NCBI RefSeq assembly: GCF_032191835.1
Contig: NC_083227.1
Coordinates: 24,800,001 to 24,864,000 of the forward strand
Reading direction: 5' to 3'
Source of the DNA: Heteronotia binoei
Lineage: Eukaryota
Length of the DNA stretch: 64,000 bases
Position numbers and translations under genes: made by a program. The notes beneath the pieces were generated by a model, which worked only from the letters and a program-made list of their open reading frames with translations, did no database searches and was not told where the DNA came from. Below are positions 23,660-35,489 of this stretch, in pieces. Every line of letters starts with the position of its first letter. Position 1 is the first letter of the stretch.

Positions 23660-24064
23660 CAAACTCCCCAAGAAGTCCATCAGTGGCTATTAGCCACAGC
23701 GTATTGATGGATCTCTTTTTCTGGGGCAGTGATGCTCTGTGTTCTTGGTGCTTCGGGTTGGGGGGCAACAGTGGGAGGGCTTCTAGTGTCCTGGGTCTGC
23801 TGGTGGACCTCCTCATGGCACCTGGGTTTTTTTGTGGGGGAACACTGTGTGATACTAATCTAATTCGTGATGTAACTAATAGGAATTTGAGTAGACTTCG
23901 GAGGATGGTGGAAGACAGGAGGGCCTGGCGTGGCTTGGTCCATGGGGTCGCAAAGAGTCGAACTCGACTGTGCAACTGAACAACAACAACAAACTGTGTG
24001 ACACAGAGTGTTGGACTGGATGGGCCATTGCCCTTTTCCAACATGGCTTCTCTTATGTTCTTAT
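23660..24064 (+). mobile_element. CR1 3'UTR remnant interrupted by a BovB fragment
   Basis: AAGTCCATCAGTGGCTATTAGCCACAG...GGCTTCTCTTATGTTCTTATG. Confidence 0.75.
23853..23992 (+). mobile_element. BovB/RTE LINE extreme 3' end, 9-bp TSD
   Basis: GAAGACAGGAGGGCCTGGCGTG..GTCCATGGGGTCGCAAAGAGTCG..CGACTG..CAACTGAA(CAA)n; TSD ACTGTGTGA at 23844-23852 and 23993-24001. Confidence 0.85.
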
Positions 24065-24158
24065 GATGCTATCAGGCACATGGAGCTGGACGTGAGACCC
24101 CCTCAGGACTCATTCCCCCCCCTCTATTTCTGGGTAAGTAAGAAAACTAATAAACAAG

Positions 24159-24329
24159 CAGGGGTGGAATTCTAGCAGGAACTCCTTTGCATATTAGGCC
24201 ACACACCCCTGATACAGCCAATCCTCCAAGAGCTTACGAGGCTCTTTTTTGTAAGCTCTTGGAGGACTGGCTACATCAGGGGTGTGTGGCTTAATATGCA
24301 AAGGAGCTCCTGCTAGAATTCCACCCCTG
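24159..24329. mobile_element. 171-bp palindromic hAT MITE, 8-bp TSD
   Basis: TSD TAAACAAG at 24151-24158 and 24330-24337. Confidence 0.88.
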
Positions 24330-24529
24330 TAAACAAGCTATAGCATTTCACCCATTTATTCTATACCTCTCTTTAACGTGCCAGAAAAAGAGTTAAAGCA
24401 GAAGAGTTGCCAGCTCTGTCAACCACCAGGAGAGAGGGGATGGGGACATGGAGGGGGGCAGTCATCGACAGTGGTGTGATGTCACTTCCATGGTGGGAGT
24501 TCGGGAATTTATGTAGGAGGGTGTCAAGG

Positions 24530-24800
24530 AATAGAATCATAGAGTTGGAAGGGGCATTGAGTCATTTAGTCCAAACCCCTGAACAATGCAGGATATTCAC
24601 AAACACCTCCCCCACCCCCCATTCACCCCCAGGGACCCCTGCTCCATGCCCAGAAGATGGCAAAAACAACAACAGCAACCCAGGATCCCTGGCCAAACTG
24701 CAGAAAAATTGCTGCTTGAATTCCAAGTGGCTGTCAGCATTTCCAAGGAGTCCAGGACTGAACCTCATGGGTCCCCAGGGTTGTTGTACACAGGTCACCA
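24530..24800 (-). mobile_element. CR1 3' end
   Basis: ATAGAATCATAGAGTTGGAAGGGG...TTTAGTCCAAACCCC tail. Confidence 0.6.
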
Positions 24801-24881
24801 ATCCCCTTCAGGATTATACAAAGTTTTATTTAATTTCGCTCAAAACAAAGTTTGATCTACAGGCAACACAATGCTCTAAAG

Positions 24882-25192
24882 CAGGGGTGGGCAAACTGTG
24901 GCTCAGGAGCCATGTGCCTCTTTCACACAGCTTGCGTGGCTCTTGATGCCTCCATCAACCCTTTGGCCGGCTTGGAGAAGACATTTGTCTCTTGACTGGT
25001 GGCTTGGAGAATGAATTTCTTTCCACCTCTCCCTCCCCTCCCATCTATTTTCCTTCCTTCCTTTCTTCCTTCCTTCCCTCCTTCCTTCCTGGATTGTGGC
25101 TCTCAAACATCTGATGTTCATGTCTTGCAGCTCTCAAACATCTGACATTTTTTCTATGTGGCTCTTACATTACACAGGTTTGGCCACCCCTG
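24882..25192. mobile_element. Non-autonomous hAT (CAGGGGTGG(G/C)CAAAC TIR), 8-bp TSD
   Basis: TSD CTCTAAAG at 24874-24881 and 25193-25200. Confidence 0.85.
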
Positions 25193-26289
25193 CTCTAAAG
25201 TCACACAGCAAAAAACAAGAAAACTAGCTTAGCTATCTAACACATTTTGAGGACTTGCATTAGATGGCACAAATGTTAAGTCAAAAGTCAAAGGCCTCAG
25301 TTTAAGCATTCTCTGCCTTGCTGTCTTTTGCAATGTTAGCATTATACTCCAGGCTTTCAGCACAGGAATTTTTTTCCTGAGGGAGCGCAGTAGAATGCAG
25401 TTCTGGAACCTCTTTGTGGAAACAAAATTCTTGAACAACGTTTAAAAGTTCATGAAGGGCACCTGTGTATTTCTCTTTCATTTTCCTCTTGGGAGTTCCA
25501 GCACCTCTTTTTCCAGAAAAAAAGCTCCGCTTCAGCCCATCAGAATCCAAGCAAGCCTCTTTTCTCCAGGCTCTTAGCTTAATTATAGGGTGTTGTGTGT
25601 GTGTGTGTGTTTTCTGCCAGGCAGCATTAGGTGACAACGACAGGACACATTCTTGCTGGAACCCTCTAGAAAATTATCACTCTTTTTTCCTCCCCTTCCA
25701 TCCTGTGGGCCACAGGTTCTCAAGATAAGGTACGGTAATCACCACATTTCCAACTCTGGCCTTGAAGGTGATAAGGGCTGTGTAGGCAGAGAGACCAATT
25801 AGCGACCCCTACAGGATGGAACAAGCTCCTTACCATTCACATTAGGCCTTGAGGGGGGATCAGGGGTGTTTTGTCTCACAGAGGTCATTGTCACCCGCAT
25901 GACATCACTTTCAGCGAATACCCGGAAGTGATGGTGGTAGTTCTAGGAATCACTGGAAATTATGGTATTACTTTAGAGTTTCTGGTAATTCCTAGAGCTG
26001 CTGCTGTCACTTCCAGGTATTCCCCAGAAGTGCTGTCATTGAATGGGCTACGTAGCTCTTACATTACATATATGCCAGTGAGCTTTTAATTTTTTAAAAT
26101 TTATTTTAATTTTAAATCCCCCCTCCATGTGGTGGTGGGGAATGGGAACTTAGAGCAGAGGACCAAAGGCTTGGCAGCCTCCCACACAGTCGACAAAACT
26201 CCACAGTCACCGAACTCCAGATAAGCCTGGAGTTCCCCTGAAATTACAACTGATTTCCAGACTCCATATGCGCCCCAGAGATCGCTGTG

Positions 26290-26725
26290 TTCCGCTGACC
26301 ATCCCTGGCCCAAAGGACATTCGACTTGCCTCTACCAGGGCCGGGGCCTTTTCAGCCTCGGCTCTGGCAGAATCGGCTTCCTGTGGAGATCCAGGCCCTT
26401 CCTGATTTGATGCCATTTCGTAGGGACTGCAAGACTGAGCTATTCTGCTAGGCCTTCAGTTGAGGCAGCGGACGTCCTTATTTCCATCTGCTTGGCCTCT
26501 CTTGCCTGTCATGATGCAATCTTATCCTAATCTATTATTCCATCTCTGGGCCCACTGCTGCACTGATATATAGAATGCGCCCAATGGAAACCGCCACATA
26601 CATGATATTTGTTTCATTGTATTTTATGGCTTTAGCTTGTCGTTTTTAATTGCGTTAACTTTTTGTTGTTCCCCGCCCTGAGCCCACTCGCAGGAAAGGG
26701 CAGAATACGAATGAACAAATAAATC
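26290..26725 (+). mobile_element. L2-clade LINE 3' remnant
   Basis: Remnant translation RLASTRAGAFSA...(P)DLMPFRRDCKTELF, plus a CCCGCCCTGAGCC...GGAAAGGGCAG...AAATAAAT tail. Confidence 0.6.
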
Positions 26726-27110
26726 AAAAGACTATGGAGACCAGTTCCCCTGGAGGAAATGGCAGCTTCGTAGGGTAGACTCTGCCTTTCTCAGGCTCCA
26801 TCCTGAGTCTCTGGGAATTGCCAAAGCAGCAGTTGGCGAACCTATGAGAGAGGATAAGATGGTGGAAGAGAAAGCCACAAGTGCAGGGCAGCCCACAGGC
26901 CTGGAGAAAGACACCTTGTCCCTTGAGCAGAGGATTCATGGGATGGGATTTCCCTTCAGGCCGTGAAAAGCTTCATCTGCCTAGTTCCACCCACAGTGCC
27001 TCTCTTCAAGGGACAGGATATGTTTCTCCTGGCCCAGTGAAAACACTGCATGTCTGAATGTCTCAGCTGGGATCTATCCAAGGTGAAAAAGTATTATTTC
27101 TTTTTGTTCC

Positions 27111-27385
27111 AGAGCCAGTTTGGTGTAGTGGTTAAGTGTGCAGACTCTTATCTGGGAGAACCGGGTTTGATTCCCCACTCCTCCACTTGCAACTGCTGGA
27201 ATGGCCTTGGATTAGCCATAGCTCAGGCAGAGGTTGTCCTTGAAAGGGCAGCTGTGAGAGCTCTCTCAGCCCCACTCACCTCACAGGGTGTCTGTTGTGG
27301 GGGTGGAAGATAAAGGAGATTGTGAGCTGCTCTGAGATTCAGAGTGGATGGCGGGATATAAATCCAATTTCTTCTTCTTCCTCTT
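27111..27385 (+). mobile_element. tRNA-derived SINE family A
   Basis: Full head-to-(TTC)n tail copy. Confidence 0.8.
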
Positions 27386-27406
27386 TTTCCTCTCCTTCCA
27401 TAAATC

Positions 27407-27871
27407 CAGGCCTTGAATTCAGCAGGAGTTCATAGGAGCATAGCTCCTGAACCTTTCTGAGGGTTCCCCCTCCTCCCCACCGACCTTGTCCATTGAAGCA
27501 GCTGCATAACAATCCCTGGATTAGGAGAGTGGGCAGCCAGCCAGCCACCAGGGGCTTTGCCACACCCCCAGCAGCCCCCATTAACCCCTGGAGAAGCCCA
27601 CACCACCCTTTCTCCACTTCTTATGTGATTTTGGGTGATGGGTGGCTTGCTGGCCTTTTGACTGGGGAGGGGCAGCCCAGGTGAGTCTCAGGTGAGCGAG
27701 ACCTGCTTGGGCTGGCTAAATCTCTAGCCAGCCCAAGTAGGCCTTGCTCACCCAGGGCTCTCCTTTCTTGCATCAGGTTGCTTTTGGCTGGTGCGGGAGG
27801 GGGGGGGCAGCACATGCTAATGATTTATGCTAATGAGCTCCACCATCTATTTTTCTACAAAATGACCCCTG
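27407..27871 (+). mobile_element. Non-autonomous hAT-like element, 8-bp TSD
   Basis: TSD CATAAATC at 27399-27406 and 27872-27879. Confidence 0.82.
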
Positions 27872-28348
27872 CATAAATCCCTCACCTCCCTAGATGTATT
27901 TCTTTTCAACTCTGGCGGGCCGGGAGGGGTCACCCGCAGAGGCACCCCTGGGGAAGAACCACCTGTTGTGCGTTGAGCTTAGCGCACAGCTGCTCTGAAG
28001 GCAAACACAAGAGCCTCTGTTCATTAACGATCCGGGGAGGCGGCTGGTGTTTGAGAAACAGCAAGAGAGTTGTCGGCTCCTCTCCGTTTAGCAGGGGCCT
28101 GAGTTGCAGCGATTGGCAGCGGAAAAGTTTCTACCGCCAGGAGCTCAGGTACCTTGAGGTGTAGTTAAGGTTGCCAACTCTGGGTTAAGAAATTTCTGGA
28201 GATTTGGTGGGGGCAGCCGAGGGAAGGCAGAATTTGGGGAAGGAAAGGAGCTCAGCAGGGATGCCATCTTGGTGGACAGCCACAGAAGGCGTCATGGCTA
28301 CCATGGGCACCGTGTTTGAGGACTTATTCATTTTATGTAAATTATAGT

Positions 28349-28504
28349 CAGGGTGGCATTCTAGTAGGAGCTCCTTTGCATATTAGGCCACACCCTGATG
28401 TAGCCAATCCTCCAAGTCTCTTTTTTGTAAGCTCTTGGAGGATTGGCTACATCAGGGGGTGTGGCCTAATATGCAAAGGAACACCTGCTAGAATTCCACC
28501 CCTG
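28349..28504. mobile_element. Palindromic hAT MITE
   Basis: Same family as 19727 and 24159; near-TSD ATTATAGT / TTTATAGT. Confidence 0.75.
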
Positions 28505-28599
28505 TTTATAGTGAACCTTTCTCACTGAGACTCAAGATGGATTTCTTGGGAAAATCTTCTTAGTGTCACTCCCTCGTCTACTTTATCCTTTAGGGCAGC

Positions 28600-29098
28600 A
28601 GTGTTGAGCTCATTTGTTATGAGAGCCAGATGTGACATAAATGAGAGCATGTTGGGCCAGGTCATGCGTGCCATCAAATGTAATGCCAGGAAGTGGCATT
28701 TTTTTAAAAAAGGTGCTTTCTTTGTATCTGTCCTGTGGGATCCAGGGAACTGGGCAAAGGAAGCTCTGGCTCTTTCCTACCTTCCCCAGGAAACTAGGAG
28801 GGGCAGGAGCCTCAGCTAACAGAAGGAAGATAGGCTTGGCTCAGTAGTTCAGCTGTGCGATTGAGAGGGCCTGGAAAAGGTCTCCCTCTCCCGCTTCCTC
28901 CACAAGGGAGGAGCCTCAGCCAATGGAGAAAACAGATGCTTTGCTTTGTAGCTCCTGTGCAATTGAGCAAGCCTGCCAAAGTAAGCGGTGATGCCGAAGG
29001 AAGCAAGAGACAAGGAGAAGGAAGCAGACTTGCTCACAGGCCTGAGAGGAGCCCTCTGGGAGCCTGATCCAGCCCCCGGACAGCATAACTGACACCCC
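28600..29098. mobile_element. Non-autonomous hAT-like element (family of 12616-13191)
   Basis: CTCATTTGTTATGAGAGCCAGATGTGACATAAATGAG start; CTGACACCCCTC end. Confidence 0.6.
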
Positions 29099-29139
29099 TC
29101 CTTTAGGGTCCTTGTGTTGTGTAGTGATTGTTGGGTGTA

Positions 29140-29420
29140 AGAAGAAGAAGAATTGCAGATGTATACCCCCGTCCTGCTCCCTGAATCAGAGACTCAGAGC
29201 GGCTTACAATCTCCTATGTCTTCTCCCCCCACAACAGACCCCCTGTGAGGTGGGTGGGACTGAGAGGGCTCTCACAGCAGCTGCCCTTTCAAGGACAACC
29301 TCTGCCAGAGCTATGGCTGACCCTAGCCGATTCCAGCAGCTGCAGGTGAAGGAGTGGGGAATCAAACCCAGTTTTCCCAGATAAAAGTCCAGGCACTTAA
29401 CCACTACACCAAACTGGCTG
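29140..29420 (-). mobile_element. tRNA-derived SINE family A
   Basis: Reverse-complement copy ending ACTACACCAAACTGGCT. Confidence 0.8.
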
Positions 29421-29833
29421 TAGTGAGTGTTGGGTGAGGATCTAGGGGAGCCAGGTTTGACTCTCACCTCAGTCCTGGAAGCTTGCTGGGTGACCTCGGA
29501 ACAGTCACACACTCTTGGCTAGACCCACCTCACAGGGTTGTTGTTGCCAAGACTTTAGTAAATCAACTCTGTCTCCTTTCACTGCCAAGAACAGATGTAG
29601 GCAGATCTATTTTTGCCAGGTAAAGCACCCGGCTTTAGCACCGAATATCTCCTCTTCCCCCCTTGTTTTGATAGTCTTTGACAGTTTCCTGCGTTAAGCC
29701 CCCTTTGAATCCTTTGTGGTGGAATAAAAATGCATTAAATAAAAATCCCTCTCCCTCCTCTTCCTGCTGTTTTTTGGCCCTCGCAAGCCTAAAGGAGAGA
29801 CCCCCCTCGTCACTCCAATGCTCTTCCACTATG

Positions 29834-29977
29834 AAAGAGTTAAGACGAGCGAGTTTCCGTGAATGAGATTGCTAGAGGGGGGGGGACTTCAAAGCTCTGT
29901 TAAAAAAAAAAAAAACCGCACAGACAACCTGCCGGAGTTCCTTCCGGTTGGAATTCTCAGCCGCTGCCCAGCAGGAG
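29834..29977 (+). promoter_or_regulatory. Promoter cassette copy C / first non-coding exon of ZSCAN gene 2
   Basis: AAAGAGTTAA-N7-GAGTTTCC-N13-CTAGAGGGG, AGTTCCTTCCGGTTGG, donor GCAGGAG|GTGAAT at 29978; CpG-rich. Confidence 0.6.
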
Positions 29978-30949
29978 GTGAATGGCGGCCGCGTGGTGAG
30001 TTAGGGAGGCTTAAAGTGGGGAAGGGGGCTCTGGAGGGGAAGGGGGAAGTTGCAGGGAATGCAATGTGTGGAGGGGAGGCTAGTTTGGCCAGAGAGAAAA
30101 AGGCTGGAAGACCAGAATAACATTTCCCACCCCCAGCCAGCCAGCTCCCCCCCACAAGCAGTGTGTGGCACCTAAGAATAACTTTGCAAGCAGTTCCCAA
30201 GCGTGCAAGCTTCTGAGTCAACACAGGACTCTTCTCCAGGTGTCCTCTATGACCCCTGTTTTTAAAAAGGCTTCAGTAGATGGGCATCTCCTCCTCTTTG
30301 CCATTCAAAAATTAGTCTTTTAAAGGTGTAGGCGGGCTGACTTCCCTGTAGCAACCCCCTCCTCCCGCATCCAGTTGACAGGATCTTTTAAAAATAATAA
30401 CAATAATAATTTCCTTCGTTCAGTTCTGCCTTCCTTTCCTGAGTGTGCCCACGCCCCCACCCATGTCAGTTTCCTATCCTGAGTGTGTCCACGCCCCCAC
30501 CCTTGTCAATTTCACCTTCTCTGTCAATTTAAAACTAATTTCGTTTTTACTTGTTGGCAGTCCCAGTTGGGGCATTTTCAATTGTGTGTGTTTCATAATT
30601 GTTTTATTTGTATTGCAGACTGCTTTGAGATCCACAGGATAGGGCAGCTAATAAATGTTTAAAATACCTAAATAATAAATAAGTAAAATTGCAATAATTG
30701 TTTTATTTATATTGCAAACTGCCTCGGGATCCACGGGATGGAAGGGCAGCTAATAAATGTTTAAAATACTTAAATAATAAACGAGTAAAATGTCGGAAGT
30801 GCTGACTTCAGCCAGTTAGAACAAAGTTTGAGTCCAGTGGCACGTTTAAAACCAACAAAGTTTTATTCATAGTATAAGCTTTCAGCACAGGAGCTGCTTG
30901 CAAAACCCTGTCCATTGGAAACTTCAGCTTAAAAAAATGTGCAGCAGTT

Positions 30950-31225
30950 GAAGAAGAAGATGATATTGGATTTATATCCCACCCTATACTCTGAATCTTA
31001 GAGCGGTCACAATCTCCTTTAACTCCCCCCCCTCACAACAGATACCCTGTGAGGTGGGTGGGACTGAGAGGGCTCTCACAGCAGCTGCCCTTTCAAGGAC
31101 AACTCTGCGAGCGCTATGGCTGACCCAAGAACATTCCAGCAGGTGCAAGTGGAGGAGTGGGGAATCAAACCCAGTTCTCCCAGATAAGAGTCCGCACATT
31201 TAACCACTACACCAAACTGGCTCTC
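30950..31225 (-). mobile_element. tRNA-derived SINE family A
   Basis: Reverse-complement full copy. Confidence 0.8.
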
Positions 31226-32390
31226 AGTATTCTTTGTCACAATCCTTGCTGAGAACTCTCCAAAGATCTTTCTCCTAATTCAGGGGTAGGGAATGTTGGC
31301 TCTCCAGATGGTTTTTTTGCCTACAACTCCCATCAGTCCCAGCCAGCATGGCCAATGGCTGGGGCTAATGGGAGTTGTAGGCAAAAAACATCTGGAGAGG
31401 AGAGCCAACATTCCCTACCCCTGTCCTAGTTTGTCTTGGGAAACCTGTGAAGAAAATCAAGGGGGAAAAAACAATTGTAGGTGTGGGTTCCCCCCTTCTT
31501 TATATCCACTCTTATCACACTTCCTCAGATACAATGAAACAGAACCTCCTCAACCATTACCTAAATGGGTAAACCTGAGTTCTTTTTAATGACAGGAAAA
31601 ACTAAGGGTGTATTGTAACTCAATTTACCCACCCTATATGACTGGCATCATCCAATCCTGGATCTAAAAAGGCCTTTTCCTGAACTTTCTGTATTCAAAG
31701 CAGGTGCCTTATTTGTGAATCCACCAGTGCTCTTTATGCATTCATAAATCTACCGGATTAGTCCATGTGGTTGGAGGTACCAGGGCTAGAATGTGGTGCC
31801 CTCAGTGGGTGGGTGGGAGATGCCTGTCCCACTGAGCCACCTCCTTTCCCTTTCTGGGCAGGTACAGTGGATTAAATCAGCATGCTGACAATCCCACCCC
31901 CTCCTGCCCCACACACACACTGTATAATTTTTCAGTGTCATCTTGAACTTGCATTCATAGGTCATAGCTGCTTCATCCAGATTAATTTATCTGGGTTCAT
32001 GGCTGTTCCTGGTTCCCTAATTGGCCCTTGCTAATGGAAAAGTGGGATCCAAATGTGCCAGTACATGATTTTTGGAGATTTAAAGTAAGGATTAGGAACA
32101 GGTTATGAGGTTGGGCTTTGGCTGCTCGGCACGGAGTTGGCACGAGTGGCAGAACTTGGGTGAAGTTATTTTGTTGTGCCTTTCAAACCACCTGCAAATG
32201 TTGCACTGCTGTTTTGTGCTGTCATTTTCCCTCTGCCTTGTTAATCAGTTCGATAGGTTACTGATTGTTTCATTAAGGCATGTATTAGTTGCATTTCTTC
32301 CTTCTGAAACTCAGGGTGGCTTACAATAATAAAAAAATAAAACAGACTACATAGAAATACATAAAACCAAAGTTTTAAAAATCACCATTT

Positions 32391-32560
32391 AGGGCTGATT
32401 TAGCTCGATCTGGTCAGATCTTGGAAGTTAATTTGGATGGGAGACCACCAAGGAAGTCCCGGGTTGCTAAGCAAAGGCAGGCAATGGCAAACCACCTCTG
32501 AACGTCTCTTGCCTTGAAAATCCTACAGGGTCAGCATAAGAAAGCTGTGACTTGACAGCA
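32391..32560 (+). mobile_element. 5S rRNA-derived SINE
   Basis: GATCTGGTCAGATCTTGGAAG...TTGGATGGGAGACC (5S internal control region) + GGCAATGGCAAACCAC tail; copies at 59062, 60150 (minus) and 11355. Confidence 0.7.
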
Positions 32561-32915
32561 AACCTTCGCCGCCCCCAGTTAGTCGAAGCCCTAAATAAAA
32601 GCATCTCGGGGGCTTTCTAATGATCGGAAGCCAGGATCACCAACCAAGGGAAGTTGTTCCATAATCATGGGATTGTCACTGATTTTTTGTCTTCGTAATG
32701 TGCATTTGTTTTTATTCTGTTGTTGTTAAGCCGCTTCTTGTGGAGGTGTCAAGTGTCTCACATAACCGAATGCCTTTTTCTTCAGGGATAACCCCTCTGG
32801 AATGGGATTGTTGCTTATCCGTAGCCTCCTTTCAGTCTGGAAACAGCTGTAACCTGAAGAAGCCCTGAGAGAATTCACAAGACATTTCTGTGGTAACCGG
32901 TTGGCCTCGGACAAA

Positions 32916-33866
32916 ATGGCTGCTGAGCACAGAATACCATGTGGCTTGGGGGCCAAGTTCCAAATGCCACTAAAGCAGGAGGGGCTGTTAGAGAGGGAAG
33001 GGGGAGAGCCAGAGGGGGCAGGCCTCGTTCTGGGTCTAAAAACGGAAGCGCTGGAGGTGGCGAGCCCTGCTTTGGGGGATGAAATGGAGGAACTGGGGTC
33101 GGTAGACTCCAGAACGGAAGAGGTAATAGAGAGACTGAAAGGGGCAGGCCCAAAGCTGGAAGAAAAAATGGAGGAACAGGAGGTAGAAGACCCCATATTG
33201 CGGGATGAGTGGGAGAAAGCTCCTGGTGTCCCTCAGGCTGAGGGCTCTGGAGATTCTGTACCACGATGGCAAGACCAAGTTCAACAGAGCCCTGAACTGG
33301 GGCTGCTTCCACTGAGAGACACCCGAGAGAGGCAGACAGTCCCCCAACGAGTAGCATCTCCTGGCTCTGACAGCAGGACTCCCCAGGTTCTGAAGTCTTC
33401 TTGCCTGGAGGGCACTCGGACTCCTCCAACCTTCTTCAGAAGAGAGGCAGGCAGCAGCCAGTGGCCCTCAGAGGAGCAGGAGGCCCTGACCCAGGCAGGG
33501 CTTGGTGAGGAGGCCTCTAAGATGGAGGATTTCTCTAAGAAAATGAAGGAAGAGGTCCCGGATGAGGACATGGTTGTCTCGGAGATTCAGCGGCAGCACT
33601 TCCGGCAGTTCTGTTACCATGAGGCCGAGGGACCCCGCGAGGCCTGCAGCCGCCTCTGGTTCCTCTGCTGCCGGTGGCTGAAGCCGGAGAGGCACACCAA
33701 GGAGCAGATCTTGGAGCTGCTGGTCCTGGAGCAATTCCTGGACATCCTGCCGCCAGAGATCCAGAGCTGGGTCATGGAAAGCTGCCCGAAGACTTGCGCC
33801 CAGGCGGTGACCTTGGCGGAAGGGTTCCAGCCAAGGAATCGGGTATCAGAGGGCCAAGATGAGCAG
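32916..33866 (+). CDS. ZSCAN gene 2, first coding exon (SCAN domain)
   Basis: ATG in GACAAAATGGCTGC context; SCAN motif [54 protein letters not shown]; phase-0 donor GAGCAG|GTAAGA at 33867. Confidence 0.9.
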
Positions 33867-34857
33867 GTAAGAGCAAGGCTTGTCCCAAGGAGAGCAACGC
33901 ATGAGGAGGCTGTGGAACAATATACTTCACAGACAATAATTACAACTAGTATATCACAGCTTAATATAAGAATTACACACTCTCCATAAACATATCAGTG
34001 CTTGACTGTCAGGGCTGGATGGCCCACTAGGCAAACTAGGCAGTTGCCTTGGGAGGTGGGGGGGGCACCGAATTGAGCTCCCCCCTCCCGGTGCCCGTGG
34101 CAAACACCTAGTTTGCCTCCCTGCTGCTGCCGCCCGCACCCTCTCTTGTGCTTCTCCCCCCCGGCGCAATCAGAGGAGCGCCCCGAGGCTGCTCCTTACC
34201 GGCATCGATGGGGCTGGCGCAGCTTCTAATCCTTTCAAGAGCCTGCAAGAGGAGCCTTCACTTCTCCTCACCTCTGGTTTCAGGAAGGAGGGGGAGTGAT
34301 TCTTCTCCTGAAGGCTCCTCAAAGGATAAGATGCTACGCCAGCCGCATCGAAGCCGAGAGGGACCAGCTTCGATGTAGCTTGGTGGGGAGATGCAATGGA
34401 GCACTGTGCTGCCTTGCGGCACCATGCAGAGAGGAAGAGCGGCAGCAGGGGGGCAGTGGACAGAGAGCCTGCTTAGAGCGCCATGCAGCTTCAGGCCGGC
34501 GCTGTTGACTGCACTCTGCAGTGTGTTGAGTATTTATGTTCATGGCGTTTAAAGGGAAAGCATAGCAGTCAATTTTTTAACAACAATTACTTCTCAGAAA
34601 AACATGCAATGTTTGCCAGGTTTAAACAGCAAATACTTCATGGTACAACATGTAAAGGTTGCAGTATACGCAGCCAACTCTTTGAATTAAATGTAGGTTT
34701 AGGAGAATGAATTAAAAGTTGTTTTTCTGTTGATTATCCATGTGTATAGATTCAGTAACGTGGTAACACGCTTCCTAGGTTTCTATCTTTGCGTGTTTCA
34801 AACATCTTCTTTGACCACATGATTATGTCTCTGGAACCAAGGCTTATAGCATTATAT

Positions 34858-35072
34858 GGGGAGGTACAGTGGCTCAGTGGAAGAGCATCTGCTTGGTAAG
34901 CAGAAGGTCCCAGGTTCAATCCCTGGCATCTCCAACTAAAAAGGGTCCAGGCAAGTAGTTGTGAAAAACCTCAGCTTGAGACCCCGGAGAGCCACTGCCA
35001 GTCTGAGTAGACTGTACTGACTTTGATGGACCGAGGGTCTGTTTCAGTAGAAGGCAGCTTCATATGTTCATA
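34858..35072 (+). mobile_element. tRNA-derived SINE family B
   Basis: GTGGCTCAGTGGAAGAGC..GGTTCAATCCC head, CATATGTTCATAT tail; copy at 59385-59575, short heads at about 4250, 5230 and 56222. Confidence 0.75.
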
Positions 35073-35489
35073 TAAGGGAATCAGTTTCAGCATTTACACA
35101 GGCAAAATGGTTCTCCTGTCCCAAGGAGAGCCAGCATGTTGCAGTGGCTACAGAATTGAATTGCGAGCCATGGGTGATTGTAGGGAAGAACTCCCTCTCC
35201 ACCTGACGTACTTTGCAGCGTTCTTGTGAAGACAAAATGGAGGAGAGGAAGAATGTTGTAAGCCCCCATGGGTCTTCGGCTGGAGAGAAAAGTGAGGCAT
35301 ACCTGAAATCAGCAAAAGGAGCAGATGATTTGGGATCCCAGGGGCAGCCCCTGTTCACATGCAAATAGACATGCTTTCAGCCCCCAGGATCTCCAGTTAA
35401 AATAGTCTTGGGAAGCAGATGTTGAGAAAGTCCTTCCTCAGCCTCAAGACCTTAAAGAGGCCAGGCTCATGACAACCAGGGCCTTTTCT

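Noticed and set aside
19727-24329. Composite or autonomous transposon: ZBED ORF bracketed by two identical-family MITEs acting as TIRs
   Set aside because: Each MITE has its own complete 8-bp TSD (GCAACAAC vs TAAACAAG), so they are independent insertions. There is no shared TSD around the whole span.
32901-33989. ORF-track 362-aa protein starting at TTG 32901
   Set aside because: The ATG at 32916 matches the paralogous start context of gene 3, and the ORF runs past a canonical donor at 33867 into intron.
34858-34935. tRNA gene (and similar heads at 2182, 27111, 56222, 59385)
   Set aside because: A/B boxes are present, but there is no full cloverleaf or terminator and they continue into SINE bodies.
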